Translations under genes and position numbers: made by a program | Assembly (NCBI GenBank): GCA_964578865.1 | Contig: CAZOES010000007.1 | Span: 16,169 to 80,168, forward strand | Length of the DNA: 64,000 nt | Source: an uncultured Gemmatimonadaceae bacterium | Lineage (GTDB): Bacteria > Gemmatimonadota > Gemmatimonadetes > Gemmatimonadales > GWC2-71-9 | Reading direction: 5' to 3' | The notes under the pieces: model-generated | Told to the model about the DNA's origin: nothing | The model's database searches: none | What the model saw: only the letters and a program-made list of their open reading frames with translations | Shown here: positions 8,673-18,090 of the stretch, in pieces | Numbering within the stretch: the first letter of the stretch is position 1 | How the letters are laid out: the number at the start of each line of letters is the position of its first letter

Positions 8673-9802
8673 AGCTGGTCGTACTCGACCGGCGGGAGTC
8701 GGAGGATCAGTCCGGGGAGCAGGGTGATGAGCGTGGTGTAAATGACCAGGCCGCCGATCAGGGCCGGAGGTACTTCGGGCCGACCGCGGAGAATATCAGC
8801 GATCACCAGAGTGAATACCAGGGTCGGCAGCAACGCTACTCCAACCCGGAGGCTGTTCCGGGGCGGCTCACGCAGCACCACCCATCGGTGCAGAGCGATC
8901 TCGCCAAGCCGCAGGCCGGCGCAGCCCAGCAACAGACCCAGACCCAGGAGGATGGCCGTACGGTCCAGCTCGGCAGGTGTGATGCCTTGACCTGCCTTGA
9001 AGAAGTAGAACGGTACGAAGAACGACGCGAAGGCCTCGACCGCTCCCAGCATCCGTTCCGAGGACATGGCCGGTAAGCGGGACCGGAACTGTCGCGCCGC
9101 CAGTCCAACGATGAAGGCACCGACCAGGTAGTAGACCCCGAGCCGGCGGGTTACCGAGGCACAGACTACCGCCACCATCAGGAGAAAGGCGAACTCGGAG
9201 CGGGGGGCGGCCGGGGCGATCGCGGCCGCGAACCAGCGAAAGAGTGGCGGAAGAATCACCACCATCGCGGACAAGAGCCCGACACTGACACCGAGCTGAC
9301 GGGCCGAAGTGGACTGCAGGGTCAGAAACATCACGACCAGCGCTAACAACTCAGAGGCGATCGCCTTGGACTTGGTCCAGCGCTTTTCACTGTCCGAGAG
9401 CCCGAAGAGATCGAGGGAGTCGAGAATAAACCCGGTGGACGGGGTGAGCAGCGCCAGCCCGATCAGCGCGGCAGTGCGGATCGGAAAGTGGGCCAGCCAG
9501 ATCACCAGCAGGGTGATCAGGGCCAGACTCGCCAGCCAGATGACCAGGTGCTGGATCAGGACCAGCAGGTCGGGACGCAGCTCCTCGATCTCGACGTCGA
9601 GCCCGGCGAAGAGGAACAGCGCCACGATGCCGAAGGTGGCCAGCAGCGCGATGGTCTGATCGTGGTCGAACAGACCCAGCCAGCCGGCCGCCGCGCCGAG
9701 GATCAGGCTGGTGACCGCACCCGGCAACCGGTACCGCTGGAGAAAACGCGGCACCACAAAGAGGACGAAGAGGAGCAACACATAGGCGAGGTCATTGGAC
9801 AC
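8576..9802 (-). CDS. Cation:proton antiporter (CPA2 / Kef-like membrane domain)
   Basis: ORF 8576-9973. About 12 hydrophobic segments, Na+/H+ exchanger-like. Start moved to GTG 9802 (VSNDLAYVLLLFVLFVVPRFLQ), because the longer N-terminus is basic and non-membrane and runs into the otsA-otsB fusion gene's upstream region. Confidence 0.75.
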   Translation of the reverse strand: MSNDLAYVLLLFVLFVVPRFLQRYRLPGAVTSLILGAAAGWLGLFDHDQTIALLATFGIVALFLFAGLDVEIEELRPDLLVLIQHLVIWLASLALITLLVIWLAHFPIRTAALIGLALLTPSTGFILDSLDLFGLSDSEKRWTKSKAIASELLALVVMFLTLQSTSARQLGVSVGLLSAMVVILPPLFRWFAAAIAPAAPRSEFAFLLMVAVVCASVTRRLGVYYLVGAFIVGLAARQFRSRLPAMSSERMLGAVEAFASFFVPFYFFKAGQGITPAELDRTAILLGLGLLLGCAGLRLGEIALHRWVVLREPPRNSLRVGVALLPTLVFTLVIADILRGRPEVPPALIGGLVIYTTLITLLPGLILRLPPVEYDQLHLFPVASPPSAEVTAPAGGPTSSGAPARIRE

Positions 9803-9872
9803 GCCTGAATTCTTGTTCGCTCGAGCGATTCGAGCAACCCTGATTGGGCCCTTCAACCGAGGAGGCGACACG

Positions 9873-12062
9873 ATGGCAGTCCTCGTTGCATCCAACCGCC
9901 TGCCGGTCACCATCCGGCGGGGCCCCGAGGGCATCTCCCTCTCCGACAGCATCGGTGGCGTGGCCACCGGCATGTTGAGCGTGCAGGATGGTGAGCCTGG
10001 CTGCTGGATCGGTTGGCCCGGTCCGACCGACCTGATATCGGAAGTCGACCGGAATGACCTCGATCTGCGCTTGGAACAGCGCCGGTTGGTGCCGGTACAC
10101 CTCTCCCGGGAGGAAGTCCGGGGGTTTTACCAGGGGTACTCCAATGGGGTAATCTGGCCGCTCTTCCATTACCTGGTGCAGCAGGTTCCGTTGGAGCCGC
10201 GCCACTGGGAGGAGTACGACCAGGTCAATCAACGTTTCGCGGAAACGATATCGGAGCGATGGACCCCGGGGGACGAAGTCTGGATTCACGATTATCAGCT
10301 GTTACGGGTGCCCTTCCATCTCCGCCGTCTGCGCCCTGAGGCGAGGATCGGGCTATTCCTGCATATCCCTTTTCCGGTCTTTGAAGTATTCCGGATCCTG
10401 CCGACCCGGCGGTTGCTCCTGGAAGGGATGCTGGGCGCCGATTTGCTGGGGTTTCACACCAAGTCCTACGCCGGCTACTTCACTCAGGCCGTCGCGCAGC
10501 TAGTGCCCGAGGCCCGGGTTGCTCCGGGTGAGATCGAATTCCAGGGGCGGCGCACCAGGGTGGGCGACTTCCCGATGGGAATCGATGTCGCCCGATTCGA
10601 GACCCCGGCCAGAGCCGGTGACTTCGGGAATTTGCGGAACAGTCTCGGCGGCGGCTCGATCAAGACCCTGGTCGGCATCGATCGGCTCGACTATACCAAG
10701 GGCATCCCCCGCCGGTTGCTGGCCTTTCGCCGCCTGCTGCTGAACCACCCGGAGATGCGTGAGAAAGTCACCCTGATTCAGGTGGCGGTGCCTTCCCGCA
10801 CCGGGGTGAAAGCCTACCGGAAGTTCCGTCGACAAGTTGACGCGATGGTCGGTCGGATCAACGGGCTTTTCGGGACCCCCGGTTGGACACCGGTGAGATA
10901 TCTGTACCGCAGCTTCACCCAGCCGGAATTGATCGGGCTGTTTCGGGAGACCGACGCCATGGTGGTGGCGCCGGTGCGCGATGGCATGAACCTCGTGGCC
11001 AAGGAATTCGTTGCCAGCCGGGTCGATGGCGATGGGGTCCTGGTGCTCAGCGAGTTTGCCGGTGCGGCCGACGACATGCCGGAGGCCTTGATCGTCAACC
11101 CTTACGATATCGAGGGCACCGCCGAAGCGTATTTCCAGGCGCTGACCATGATGCGGCACGAGCGACGAGCCCGGATGCGAGCCCTGCGCCAGGGGGTCCG
11201 GTCCAGACCGGTAAGCCAATGGGCTAAGTCCTTCCTGGATGAGTTGCGGGCAATCAGCCGGGAAACCGAGCCGGTCCCCCGGAGTGAGTCCCAGGGTACC
11301 CTGAACCAGGTGCTCGATCGGGTGCGGCAGTCTGCGTCGCTGCTGTTGTTGCTGGATTACGACGGAACCCTGGTCCCCTTTGCCGACCATCCCGACGAGG
11401 CCGTGCCGGACCCTGACCTCCTGTCCGTGCTCGCGAAACTTTCCAACCGGCCTGAGGTGGAGCTGCATCTGGTGAGCGGCCGGCAGCGAGAGCACTTGGA
11501 GGATTGGTTCGGGCACCTCCCGGTCGGATTGCACGCCGAACACGGCACCTGGTCCAGGCCAGCCGGAACTCCCCACTGGCAGCAGCACCAACTGGCCCGT
11601 CCGGTTCCCTACGATGAGTTGCTCGGTCTGTTGAAGTCCTACACCGACCGGACGCCCGGTGCCTTGATCGAACGGAAGTCATCCGGTTTGACCTGGCACT
11701 TCCGGCTGGCCGAGCCGGCGCTGGGATCTCGGAACGCGGAGAAGCTGATCGAGGAGGTGGAGCGGCGATTGGGACCGGAACAGGTGGGAGTTCTGCGAGG
11801 CGATCGGGTGGTGGAGTTTCGTCCCAGCGGGATTCACAAGGGGTTGGTTGTGAGACGGCTGCAGAACTGCCGCGCGCCGCGTGAGCTCACCCTGGCGTTC
11901 GGCGATGATATGACCGACGAAGAAATGTTCGGGGCGCTGGGGGAGGAGGGACTCAGCATTCACGTGGGGCCCAATCCCAGCGCGGCGCAGCTGCGGTTAC
12001 GCGACGTGCCGGAGTGTCGGGCGTTGCTGCAGGCGATTGCCGATTCCAGATCAGTCGCGTGA
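9873..12062 (+). CDS. otsA: Bifunctional trehalose-6-phosphate synthase / phosphatase (OtsA-OtsB fusion)
   Basis: The N-terminal GT20 domain has MAVLVASNRLP, LFLHIPFP and NPYD. The C-terminal HAD phosphatase has LLLLDYDGTLVPF and GDDMTDEEMF. ATG 9873 is preceded by GGAGG (9861-9865). Confidence 0.85.
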   Translation: MAVLVASNRLPVTIRRGPEGISLSDSIGGVATGMLSVQDGEPGCWIGWPGPTDLISEVDRNDLDLRLEQRRLVPVHLSREEVRGFYQGYSNGVIWPLFHYLVQQVPLEPRHWEEYDQVNQRFAETISERWTPGDEVWIHDYQLLRVPFHLRRLRPEARIGLFLHIPFPVFEVFRILPTRRLLLEGMLGADLLGFHTKSYAGYFTQAVAQLVPEARVAPGEIEFQGRRTRVGDFPMGIDVARFETPARAGDFGNLRNSLGGGSIKTLVGIDRLDYTKGIPRRLLAFRRLLLNHPEMREKVTLIQVAVPSRTGVKAYRKFRRQVDAMVGRINGLFGTPGWTPVRYLYRSFTQPELIGLFRETDAMVVAPVRDGMNLVAKEFVASRVDGDGVLVLSEFAGAADDMPEALIVNPYDIEGTAEAYFQALTMMRHERRARMRALRQGVRSRPVSQWAKSFLDELRAISRETEPVPRSESQGTLNQVLDRVRQSASLLLLLDYDGTLVPFADHPDEAVPDPDLLSVLAKLSNRPEVELHLVSGRQREHLEDWFGHLPVGLHAEHGTWSRPAGTPHWQQHQLARPVPYDELLGLLKSYTDRTPGALIERKSSGLTWHFRLAEPALGSRNAEKLIEEVERRLGPEQVGVLRGDRVVEFRPSGIHKGLVVRRLQNCRAPRELTLAFGDDMTDEEMFGALGEEGLSIHVGPNPSAAQLRLRDVPECRALLQAIADSRSVA

Positions 12063-12500
12063 ACCTGACGGTGACCTTGCCAGGGCGGGGAGGAACCAGG
12101 GAACCAGGGCCACCAGGACCAGAATTACAAGCCCGGGTCGAGTTTCCCAGACCTTCAGGTCATCGATGACCCCCTTCCAGCCGCCTCCAAGGAGAGTACC
12201 CAGCCAGAGGGCGCGGAAGGCTGCACTCACGGCGAGCCAACAGAGGCTGAGTTTGATGAGTCCGACCCAGCTGGAAGTCGGCATGGCATCGGCCGACCAG
12301 AGGAGCGCCAGCAGGCCACCAGCTAATACAAATGCCACGCTTACGGCCAGCGCCGAGAAATCACCACCTCCAAGCACGAACGTCGCGCCCCGAGCCAGCG
12401 TGCCCAGGACGATGCCGATGCCGATGGGAAGCCAGGTGACCAATGCGGCGGTCAGGGGAAACGGTTCTCCGCCCAGCTGACTGGTGGTTCGAACGTGCAT
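12051..12500 (-). CDS. Hypothetical integral membrane protein (4-5 TM segments)
   Basis: The only coherent ORF here. Its composition is hydrophobic and Gly/Ala/Leu-rich, and no family is recognised. Its 3' end overlaps the convergent otsA-otsB fusion gene's 3' end by 12 nt. Confidence 0.5.
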   Translation of the reverse strand: MHVRTTSQLGGEPFPLTAALVTWLPIGIGIVLGTLARGATFVLGGGDFSALAVSVAFVLAGGLLALLWSADAMPTSSWVGLIKLSLCWLAVSAAFRALWLGTLLGGGWKGVIDDLKVWETRPGLVILVLVALVPWFLPALARSPSGSRD

Positions 12501-12549
12501 ACGCGCCCCGCGGTCCGGATCGATGCTGTGCGAGTAATGCCCGAATAGT

Positions 12550-12564
12550 TACTTTGATATCAAT
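12550..12564 (+). promoter_or_regulatory. Recurrent motif copy B: TACTTTGATATCAAT
   Basis: Read directly. It lies 41 nt upstream of ATG 12606 in an AT-rich island and is identical to copy A. Confidence 0.45.
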
Positions 12565-12605
12565 GTAATGTCAAGCAACCGGGACGATAAAGGTCGGAGG
12601 TACCC

Positions 12606-12860
12606 ATGCCCCTCGAATTGGCAATCGGTGTGAGTGTCATGATGGTCGCGGCGTTTGCCGGCATCAGCTTGCTGGTGCGTACGTTACCGCCCAAGAAGAA
12701 GCCGGGGCTGCCCGAACCGGACGAGGTCCAACGGCGATTGGAGGAGGTCGATCAGTTGCGGCAGCGGGTGGTGGAGGTCGAGGAAAGACTGGATTTTGCG
12801 GAGCGCCTGTTGGCGGCCCACCGGGTGTCCGGTCAGATCCCCTCTACCAAGGCCGACTAA
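12606..12860 (+). CDS. Small membrane-anchored coiled-coil protein (hypothetical)
   Basis: GGAGG RBS at 12596-12600. One N-terminal TM segment (IGVSVMMVAAFAGISLLV) is followed by a charged helix, EVQRRLEEVDQLRQRVVEVEERLDFAERLL. Confidence 0.5.
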   Translation: MPLELAIGVSVMMVAAFAGISLLVRTLPPKKKPGLPEPDEVQRRLEEVDQLRQRVVEVEERLDFAERLLAAHRVSGQIPSTKAD

Positions 12861-12985
12861 CCCGCTCGGCTAGGCGTCCACCGGCAGCGTCGGTTGGATG
12901 CCGGCTTCTGACGCCAGCAGGCTCATCGCAGGGCAGGGTCACCCGGAAGCCGCATCCGCGGCTGTCGTCAGGATGACGTGGGTCT

Positions 12986-13747
12986 TCACTTCCCCAGCTT
13001 CCTCACCCAGATATTCCGGTACCGCACCGGGTGCCCGTGGTCCTGAAGGGCGATGGGCAGTTCCGCTTCATGAGGCTGGTAACTGGCCCGCCTGGCGTGC
13101 ACCGTCCATCCGGTAAACACCACATCATCCTGCACGATGATCCCGTTATGAAATACCGTGGCCCGGGCCGGCTTCAAGACCCGCCCGGCCCTGGAGAAGT
13201 GCGGCGCATGAAAGACGATGTCATAGGTCTGCCACTCACCCGGCGGACGGGAGGCATTCACCAGCGGAGGTGACTGGGCATAGAGCGCGGCGGCCTGCCC
13301 GTCGGCGTAGGTGTCGTTGTGGTAGGAATCGAGCACCTGCACCTCGTAGTGACTCATCAGGAACACCCCGCTGTTCCCCCGGTCCTGTCCTTCGCCTTCG
13401 GCGCTGGATGGGCTGGCCCACTCTACGTGCAGCTGCAGGTCCCCGAATTTCTGCCGGGTATGGATCCCGCCCGCCCCGGCCACGACTTCCATGTAGCCGT
13501 CCTTCACCAGCCATTTGGCGTCGCCGCTGTCACTGGCCCATTCGGATAGGTCCTTGCCTGAGAAAAGCACGATGGCGTCCGACGGCACCGGTGCCGGAGG
13601 GCCGGCCGGACCGGGGTCAATCACCGGAGGCTTGGGCCGCTCCAGCGAGTTGACCGGCCAGACGGCCGGTTTCTGGGCCGCCAGCGGAAGGCTGAGACAG
13701 GATGCCACGAGGGCGAGTACCAGCGGGTGGGGTCGCATTGATGGCAT
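12986..13747 (-). CDS. DUF1080 / 3-keto-disaccharide hydrolase-like secreted protein
   Basis: Family-typical blocks: WLVKDGYMEV, GDLQLHVEW, GNSGVFLMSHYEVQVLD, GEWQTYDIVF, NGIIVQDD, LQDHGHPVRYRNIWVRKL. Signal peptide starts at ATG 13747 (MPSMRPHPLVLALVASCLSLPLAAQ). Confidence 0.8.
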   Translation of the reverse strand: MPSMRPHPLVLALVASCLSLPLAAQKPAVWPVNSLERPKPPVIDPGPAGPPAPVPSDAIVLFSGKDLSEWASDSGDAKWLVKDGYMEVVAGAGGIHTRQKFGDLQLHVEWASPSSAEGEGQDRGNSGVFLMSHYEVQVLDSYHNDTYADGQAAALYAQSPPLVNASRPPGEWQTYDIVFHAPHFSRAGRVLKPARATVFHNGIIVQDDVVFTGWTVHARRASYQPHEAELPIALQDHGHPVRYRNIWVRKLGK

Positions 13748-13795
13748 CCTGTCGCCAAGATCGATCGGGGGAAGTAACCAGCTCATCAGAGTAGG

Positions 13796-14323
13796 CTACT
13801 CGGTTTCCCCCCGTTCGTCTATCGCCGATTCGGATTCTTCTGACTCCGCTGTGGCGCCATTCACTCGGCTCAGTCCAGAGGTGACGCCGTTGCCGTAGGC
13901 GACCTGTCCGCCACTGTGACCTACCCGGTAGCCCGCCAGCACCAGGACAACCGCGGCGACTCCGCTGGCGACTCTCGCCACCTTTCCAACCGGCCCGCGA
14001 GCCAGCCCCGCCGCCGTCAGGACCAGCCCACCGATGGCCAGCGTGAGGAACAGCTCGGCAGCTTCCTCATGTTGTTCCAGTAACTGCTCACCCACTACTT
14101 TTTCGGCCCGTTCTTCATCCTGCTCACCGGTTTCCAGGGCGGCCCATGCGGATGCCGCCAATGCCGCTGCGGTCACCACCGGAAGGAGCCAGGCCCGGTT
14201 TGGCGCAGTCCCTCGCCTGATGGCCCACCAGGCCCCTATCAGGGCAAGAGGGAAGAGGGTCATGAAGACGATCGGAAAATGGACTATCGCGGGATGAAGC
14301 GGGTCGGGAATCAGCGACTGCAT
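13796..14323 (-). CDS. DUF2231-like membrane protein
   Basis: N-terminal HPAIVHFPIVFM motif plus 4 TM segments. The acidic C-terminal tail is not typical. Confidence 0.6.
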   Translation of the reverse strand: MQSLIPDPLHPAIVHFPIVFMTLFPLALIGAWWAIRRGTAPNRAWLLPVVTAAALAASAWAALETGEQDEERAEKVVGEQLLEQHEEAAELFLTLAIGGLVLTAAGLARGPVGKVARVASGVAAVVLVLAGYRVGHSGGQVAYGNGVTSGLSRVNGATAESEESESAIDERGETE

Positions 14324-14454
14324 GGATAGCTCCTGTAAGTGTTATGCTGAGCATGGGATTCCACCTGCGCCGGCACAATCCGACAAACGCCGGAACCCCG
14401 CTGACCCCGGCAGGTCCAAAGCGAATCCGGCAACTGACGGATGGAGTTTGACCA

Positions 14455-14985
14455 ATGGAAGACCGGAATGCGGACCATCTGAGGCCACCCCTCGCGGCAC
14501 TGCTGCTCGTCATTGCCATCAGTGCGGCGGTCGACCTCTTCCTCGACCGGCCAGCCAGCTGGCTCACCTTTCACGTGCTTTATGAAGGTCTCTTGGCGAT
14601 TGCTACGTTGTGTGGTGCTGCCTGGCTGTGGACCGGCTGGCGGCGCGCTGTGGCGGAGGGGGCGGAGCTGCGACGGTCTCTGGCGCAACGTCAGGAGGAA
14701 CGGGACCGGTGGCGGGCGGACGCCGAACGAGTACTGGCTGGCTTCGGGAGCGCGGTGAACCGTCAGTTCGATACCTGGCGACTGACCCCGGCAGAGCGCG
14801 ACGTGGCTCTCCGGTTATTGAAGGGGCAGGGGCACAAGGAGATCGCTCAGCAGACCGGTCGGAGCGAACGAACCGTGCGCCAGCATGCGACCGCCGCATA
14901 CGCCAAGGCAGGGCTCGATGGGAGGGCGGCGCTGGCCGGATTTTTCCTTGAGGGCCTGCAACTGCCAGTCGAGGGAGATGCCTAG
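14455..14985 (+). CDS. Membrane-anchored LuxR-family HTH transcriptional regulator
   Basis: Two N-terminal TM segments are followed by the LuxR HTH LTPAERDVALRLLKGQGHKEIAQQTGRSERTVRQHATAAYAKAGL. No receiver domain is present. Confidence 0.75.
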   Translation: MEDRNADHLRPPLAALLLVIAISAAVDLFLDRPASWLTFHVLYEGLLAIATLCGAAWLWTGWRRAVAEGAELRRSLAQRQEERDRWRADAERVLAGFGSAVNRQFDTWRLTPAERDVALRLLKGQGHKEIAQQTGRSERTVRQHATAAYAKAGLDGRAALAGFFLEGLQLPVEGDA

Positions 14986-15143
14986 GACGCGGAACGAAAC
15001 CAGTGCCGACCGGCACCGGACCTGGCTCGTTCGCGTAGTGGCGGGTGACTCCCATGCCGGTCGGCGGGCCCAATCCCTGAGTCGAGTGCTGATCGGTAGT
15101 TTTCCAGCCGGATGCGCTCCCGTCCCTGATTCCGGAGTACCTG

Positions 15144-17936
15144 ATGCGTTACGGCAGTCTGATCCTGGTCTCATTGCTGGCGGTTTCCCAGCTTCCGGCA
15201 CAGCAGACGATCCCCCTGGATCCGGCCGTCATCGCCGGCCGGCTCCCCAATGGGCTCCGCTATTTCGTGCTGGAGAATCACCAGCCGGCCAAGCGGGCTG
15301 AACTGCGGCTGGTGGTCAACGCCGGCTCGGTGCTGGAAGACCCCGATCAGCTGGGTCTGGCCCATTTTGTCGAGCACATGGCCTTCAACGGGACTGCCCA
15401 CTTTCCCAAACAGGATCTGGTCCAGTTCATCGAGAAAGTTGGCATGACCTTCGGGGCCGATCTTAACGCCAGTACCAGCTTCGATGAGACCCGGTATCAA
15501 CTGACCCTGCCGACCGACTCGGCCGGTTTGCTGGAAAAGGGAATTCAGATTCTGGAAGACTGGGCCCACGGAGTCAGTTTCGACACGGCCGAGATCAGAA
15601 AAGAGCGCGGCGTTGTCATCGAAGAGTGGCGGCTGGGGCAGGGGGCGGGTGGCCGGATCAGCAACAAGACCTTTCCGGTCCTCCTCTCCGGCTCTCGTTA
15701 CGCCGATCGCCTGCCTATCGGCACCAAGGCCTCGCTGGAAGGCTTCGATCCCGCAGCGCTGATCCGATTCTATCGAGATTGGTACCGTCCCGATCTCATC
15801 GCGGTGGTGGCAGTGGGCGATTTCGACGGCAAGGCCGTCGAAAAGATGATTCGGAAACACTTTGCCGGGATCCCCAAGCCCACCCGGGCCAAGTCCCGGC
15901 CGTCGGTACCCCGGATTCCGCGAACCAGGCCCGAGGCCGTGATTGTCACTGATCCGGAAGCGACTCGGACTGCCCTGCAGCTCTACTTTCTCCGGCCCGA
16001 GGTCAGGGCTGGTGACACCGGGGACTTCCGCAATTCTCTGATTGCCAGCCTCTACTCTCTGATGTTGAACCAGCGGCTGGCGGAGCTGGCCCAGAAAGCC
16101 GATCCTCCATTTCTCGGTGCCAGCGGCGGAGCCGGCGGGTTTGTGCGCGGCACCCAGGCCTTTACCCTCAGCGCCGTCGTTACCGACAGCGGGGTGATGC
16201 GGGGAGTGGATGCGGTGCTCGCCGAAGCGGGCCGAGTGGAGCAGCATGGCTTCGTTGCCGCGGAGTTTGCCCGGGCGCGCCAGCAGATCATCCGGGCCTA
16301 CCAGAACGCGGTCGCCGAACGGGAGCATCAGGAATCCGCCGACTTGGCCGAATCACTCTCGGAGTATTTCCTGACCGGCGATCCCGTGCCGGGGATCGTC
16401 AAGGAGCAGGAGATCGCCCTCAAGCTGCTGAATGAGGTGACCCTCGAGCAGGTGAACCAGGCCGCGCACGCCTATCTCGAACGGCAGGACCGGGTGATTG
16501 CCCTGAGCGCACCCGAACGGAACAAGTCGCTGCTGCCCAGCCAGGAACAACTGCTTCGTGCGGTGGAGATCGCCCGGGAGGCCCGGCTCGAGCCCTATGC
16601 CGAAACCCTATCCGACGAACCCCTGGTGACCGCGGCTCTCCCGGTGGTCCCGCTGGTCTCGGAGCAATTCGACAGCAGCTACGGGGTCACTCGCTGGACC
16701 CTGGCCAATGGGGTCAAGGTCATCCTCAAGCCCACCGATTTCAAAGCCGATGAAATTCTGCTCTCGGCTTACAGCCCTGGCGGACTCTCCCTGGTACCGG
16801 ACAGTCTGCGGACCGCCTCGGCCTTTGTCGGGCCGGCGCTGCGGAGCGGGGGGCTGGGGAATTTCAGCGCTCCTGACTTGCGCAAGAAGCTGGCGGGGAA
16901 CCGGGTGGGTATTGGGCCCTATATCGGAACCTACGAAGAAGGGGTGAGCGGTGGTGCGTCCCCCGCCGAGTTGCCGCTGCTGTTTCAACTCACGTATCTG
17001 CTGTTTACCGCTCCACGGGTCGACAGTACCGCCTTCGAAGCGGTTCGAGCCAATGCCCACAACGCCTTGAGTACTCGGAGCTCCGATCCGGGCGCCGCAT
17101 TCGCCGATACCCTGAATGCGACCCTGATGCAGCACCATCCGTGGAGCCGGCCGATGACCGTGGCGCGGGCCGATTCGGTGACCGTCGGTCCGGTCTATTC
17201 GGTCTACCGGGATCGCTTTGCCGACGCCAGCGATTTCACCTTCGTAGTCGTGGGGAACTTCACGCTCGACAGTATCCGCCCCCTGGTGCAGCGTTACCTC
17301 GGCGCGCTGCCCGTCAAGAAACGGGACGACGCCCCCCGCGATCCCGGCATCGCCACTCCTCCGGGTGTGGTGGAGAAGGTGGTGCACCAGGGAATTGCCC
17401 CGCAGAGCCGCACCGCGCTGGTTTACTCCGGCAGCATGGAGTGGAAGCCCCAGGAGCGCTGGGCCCTGCGGGGACTGGCCGACATACTGGAAGTGCGCTT
17501 GCGGGAGAAGCTGCGGGAGGATCTGGGCGGGACCTACAGTGTCAGCGTGAACTCGGAACGGAGCCGGATTCCCCGGCCTGAGTACAAGGTCAACATTCGC
17601 TACGGCTCGGCCCCCGATCGGGCCGACGATCTGGCCAAGGCGGTGAGCGAGACGGTCGATTCGTTGCGGAAGATCGGACCCACCGAGTCGGAGGTGAATA
17701 ACTGGAAGACCAACGAGCTGCGGCACCAGGAAGTGGCTCGACGGGAGAATGATTACTGGCTCTCGCTGCTCTCGACCGCCGACCAGCAGGGAGAATCGAT
17801 TTCCACGCTGCTGGAAATCAAGCAGTGGCTGGATCAGACCACGCCGGCGAGTCTCCGGGCCGCGGCGGAGCGGTATCTCAATCCCAATCGCTATGTGCGG
17901 GTAACGCTGCTGCCGGCGGAGACGGCCGGACCGTAA
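15144..17936 (+). CDS. M16 family zinc metallopeptidase (two-half, pitrilysin/insulinase-like), secreted
   Basis: HxxEH motif HFVEHMAFNGT. Signal peptide MRYGSLILVSLLAVSQLPAQ. At 930 aa it fits the tandem M16 active plus inactive halves. Confidence 0.9.
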   Translation: MRYGSLILVSLLAVSQLPAQQTIPLDPAVIAGRLPNGLRYFVLENHQPAKRAELRLVVNAGSVLEDPDQLGLAHFVEHMAFNGTAHFPKQDLVQFIEKVGMTFGADLNASTSFDETRYQLTLPTDSAGLLEKGIQILEDWAHGVSFDTAEIRKERGVVIEEWRLGQGAGGRISNKTFPVLLSGSRYADRLPIGTKASLEGFDPAALIRFYRDWYRPDLIAVVAVGDFDGKAVEKMIRKHFAGIPKPTRAKSRPSVPRIPRTRPEAVIVTDPEATRTALQLYFLRPEVRAGDTGDFRNSLIASLYSLMLNQRLAELAQKADPPFLGASGGAGGFVRGTQAFTLSAVVTDSGVMRGVDAVLAEAGRVEQHGFVAAEFARARQQIIRAYQNAVAEREHQESADLAESLSEYFLTGDPVPGIVKEQEIALKLLNEVTLEQVNQAAHAYLERQDRVIALSAPERNKSLLPSQEQLLRAVEIAREARLEPYAETLSDEPLVTAALPVVPLVSEQFDSSYGVTRWTLANGVKVILKPTDFKADEILLSAYSPGGLSLVPDSLRTASAFVGPALRSGGLGNFSAPDLRKKLAGNRVGIGPYIGTYEEGVSGGASPAELPLLFQLTYLLFTAPRVDSTAFEAVRANAHNALSTRSSDPGAAFADTLNATLMQHHPWSRPMTVARADSVTVGPVYSVYRDRFADASDFTFVVVGNFTLDSIRPLVQRYLGALPVKKRDDAPRDPGIATPPGVVEKVVHQGIAPQSRTALVYSGSMEWKPQERWALRGLADILEVRLREKLREDLGGTYSVSVNSERSRIPRPEYKVNIRYGSAPDRADDLAKAVSETVDSLRKIGPTESEVNNWKTNELRHQEVARRENDYWLSLLSTADQQGESISTLLEIKQWLDQTTPASLRAAAERYLNPNRYVRVTLLPAETAGP

Positions 17937-18090
17937 CTGCTTTCACCCAGAGACGCAGAGACACAGAGGTCGAGTTGGAATCCGACTAACCGGCAGGGCG
18001 CCGCAATGCGCACTCCCCTCCGCGCCACTCTGCCTCTGTGGTGAAAACGGCAGTTCCCCGAGCCGGCCCGGAACCGTTAGAATCCCGCCC

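Noticed and set aside
15003-15075. 11-bp inverted repeat GCCGACCGGCA...TGCCGGTCGGC downstream of the LuxR-type gene, as a possible terminator.
   Set aside because: The loop is about 39 nt and no T-tract follows. It could be fortuitous in GC-rich DNA, so it is not reported as a terminator.
17940-18090. Intergenic segment with CACAGAGG...CCTCTGTG complementarity and a GTCGAGTTGGAATCCGAC piece that superficially resembles a tRNA T-arm.
   Set aside because: No cloverleaf can be built, since there is no acceptor stem, D-arm or anticodon-arm. The 8-bp pairing has a loop of about 60 nt. It does not convince as a tRNA, riboswitch or terminator.
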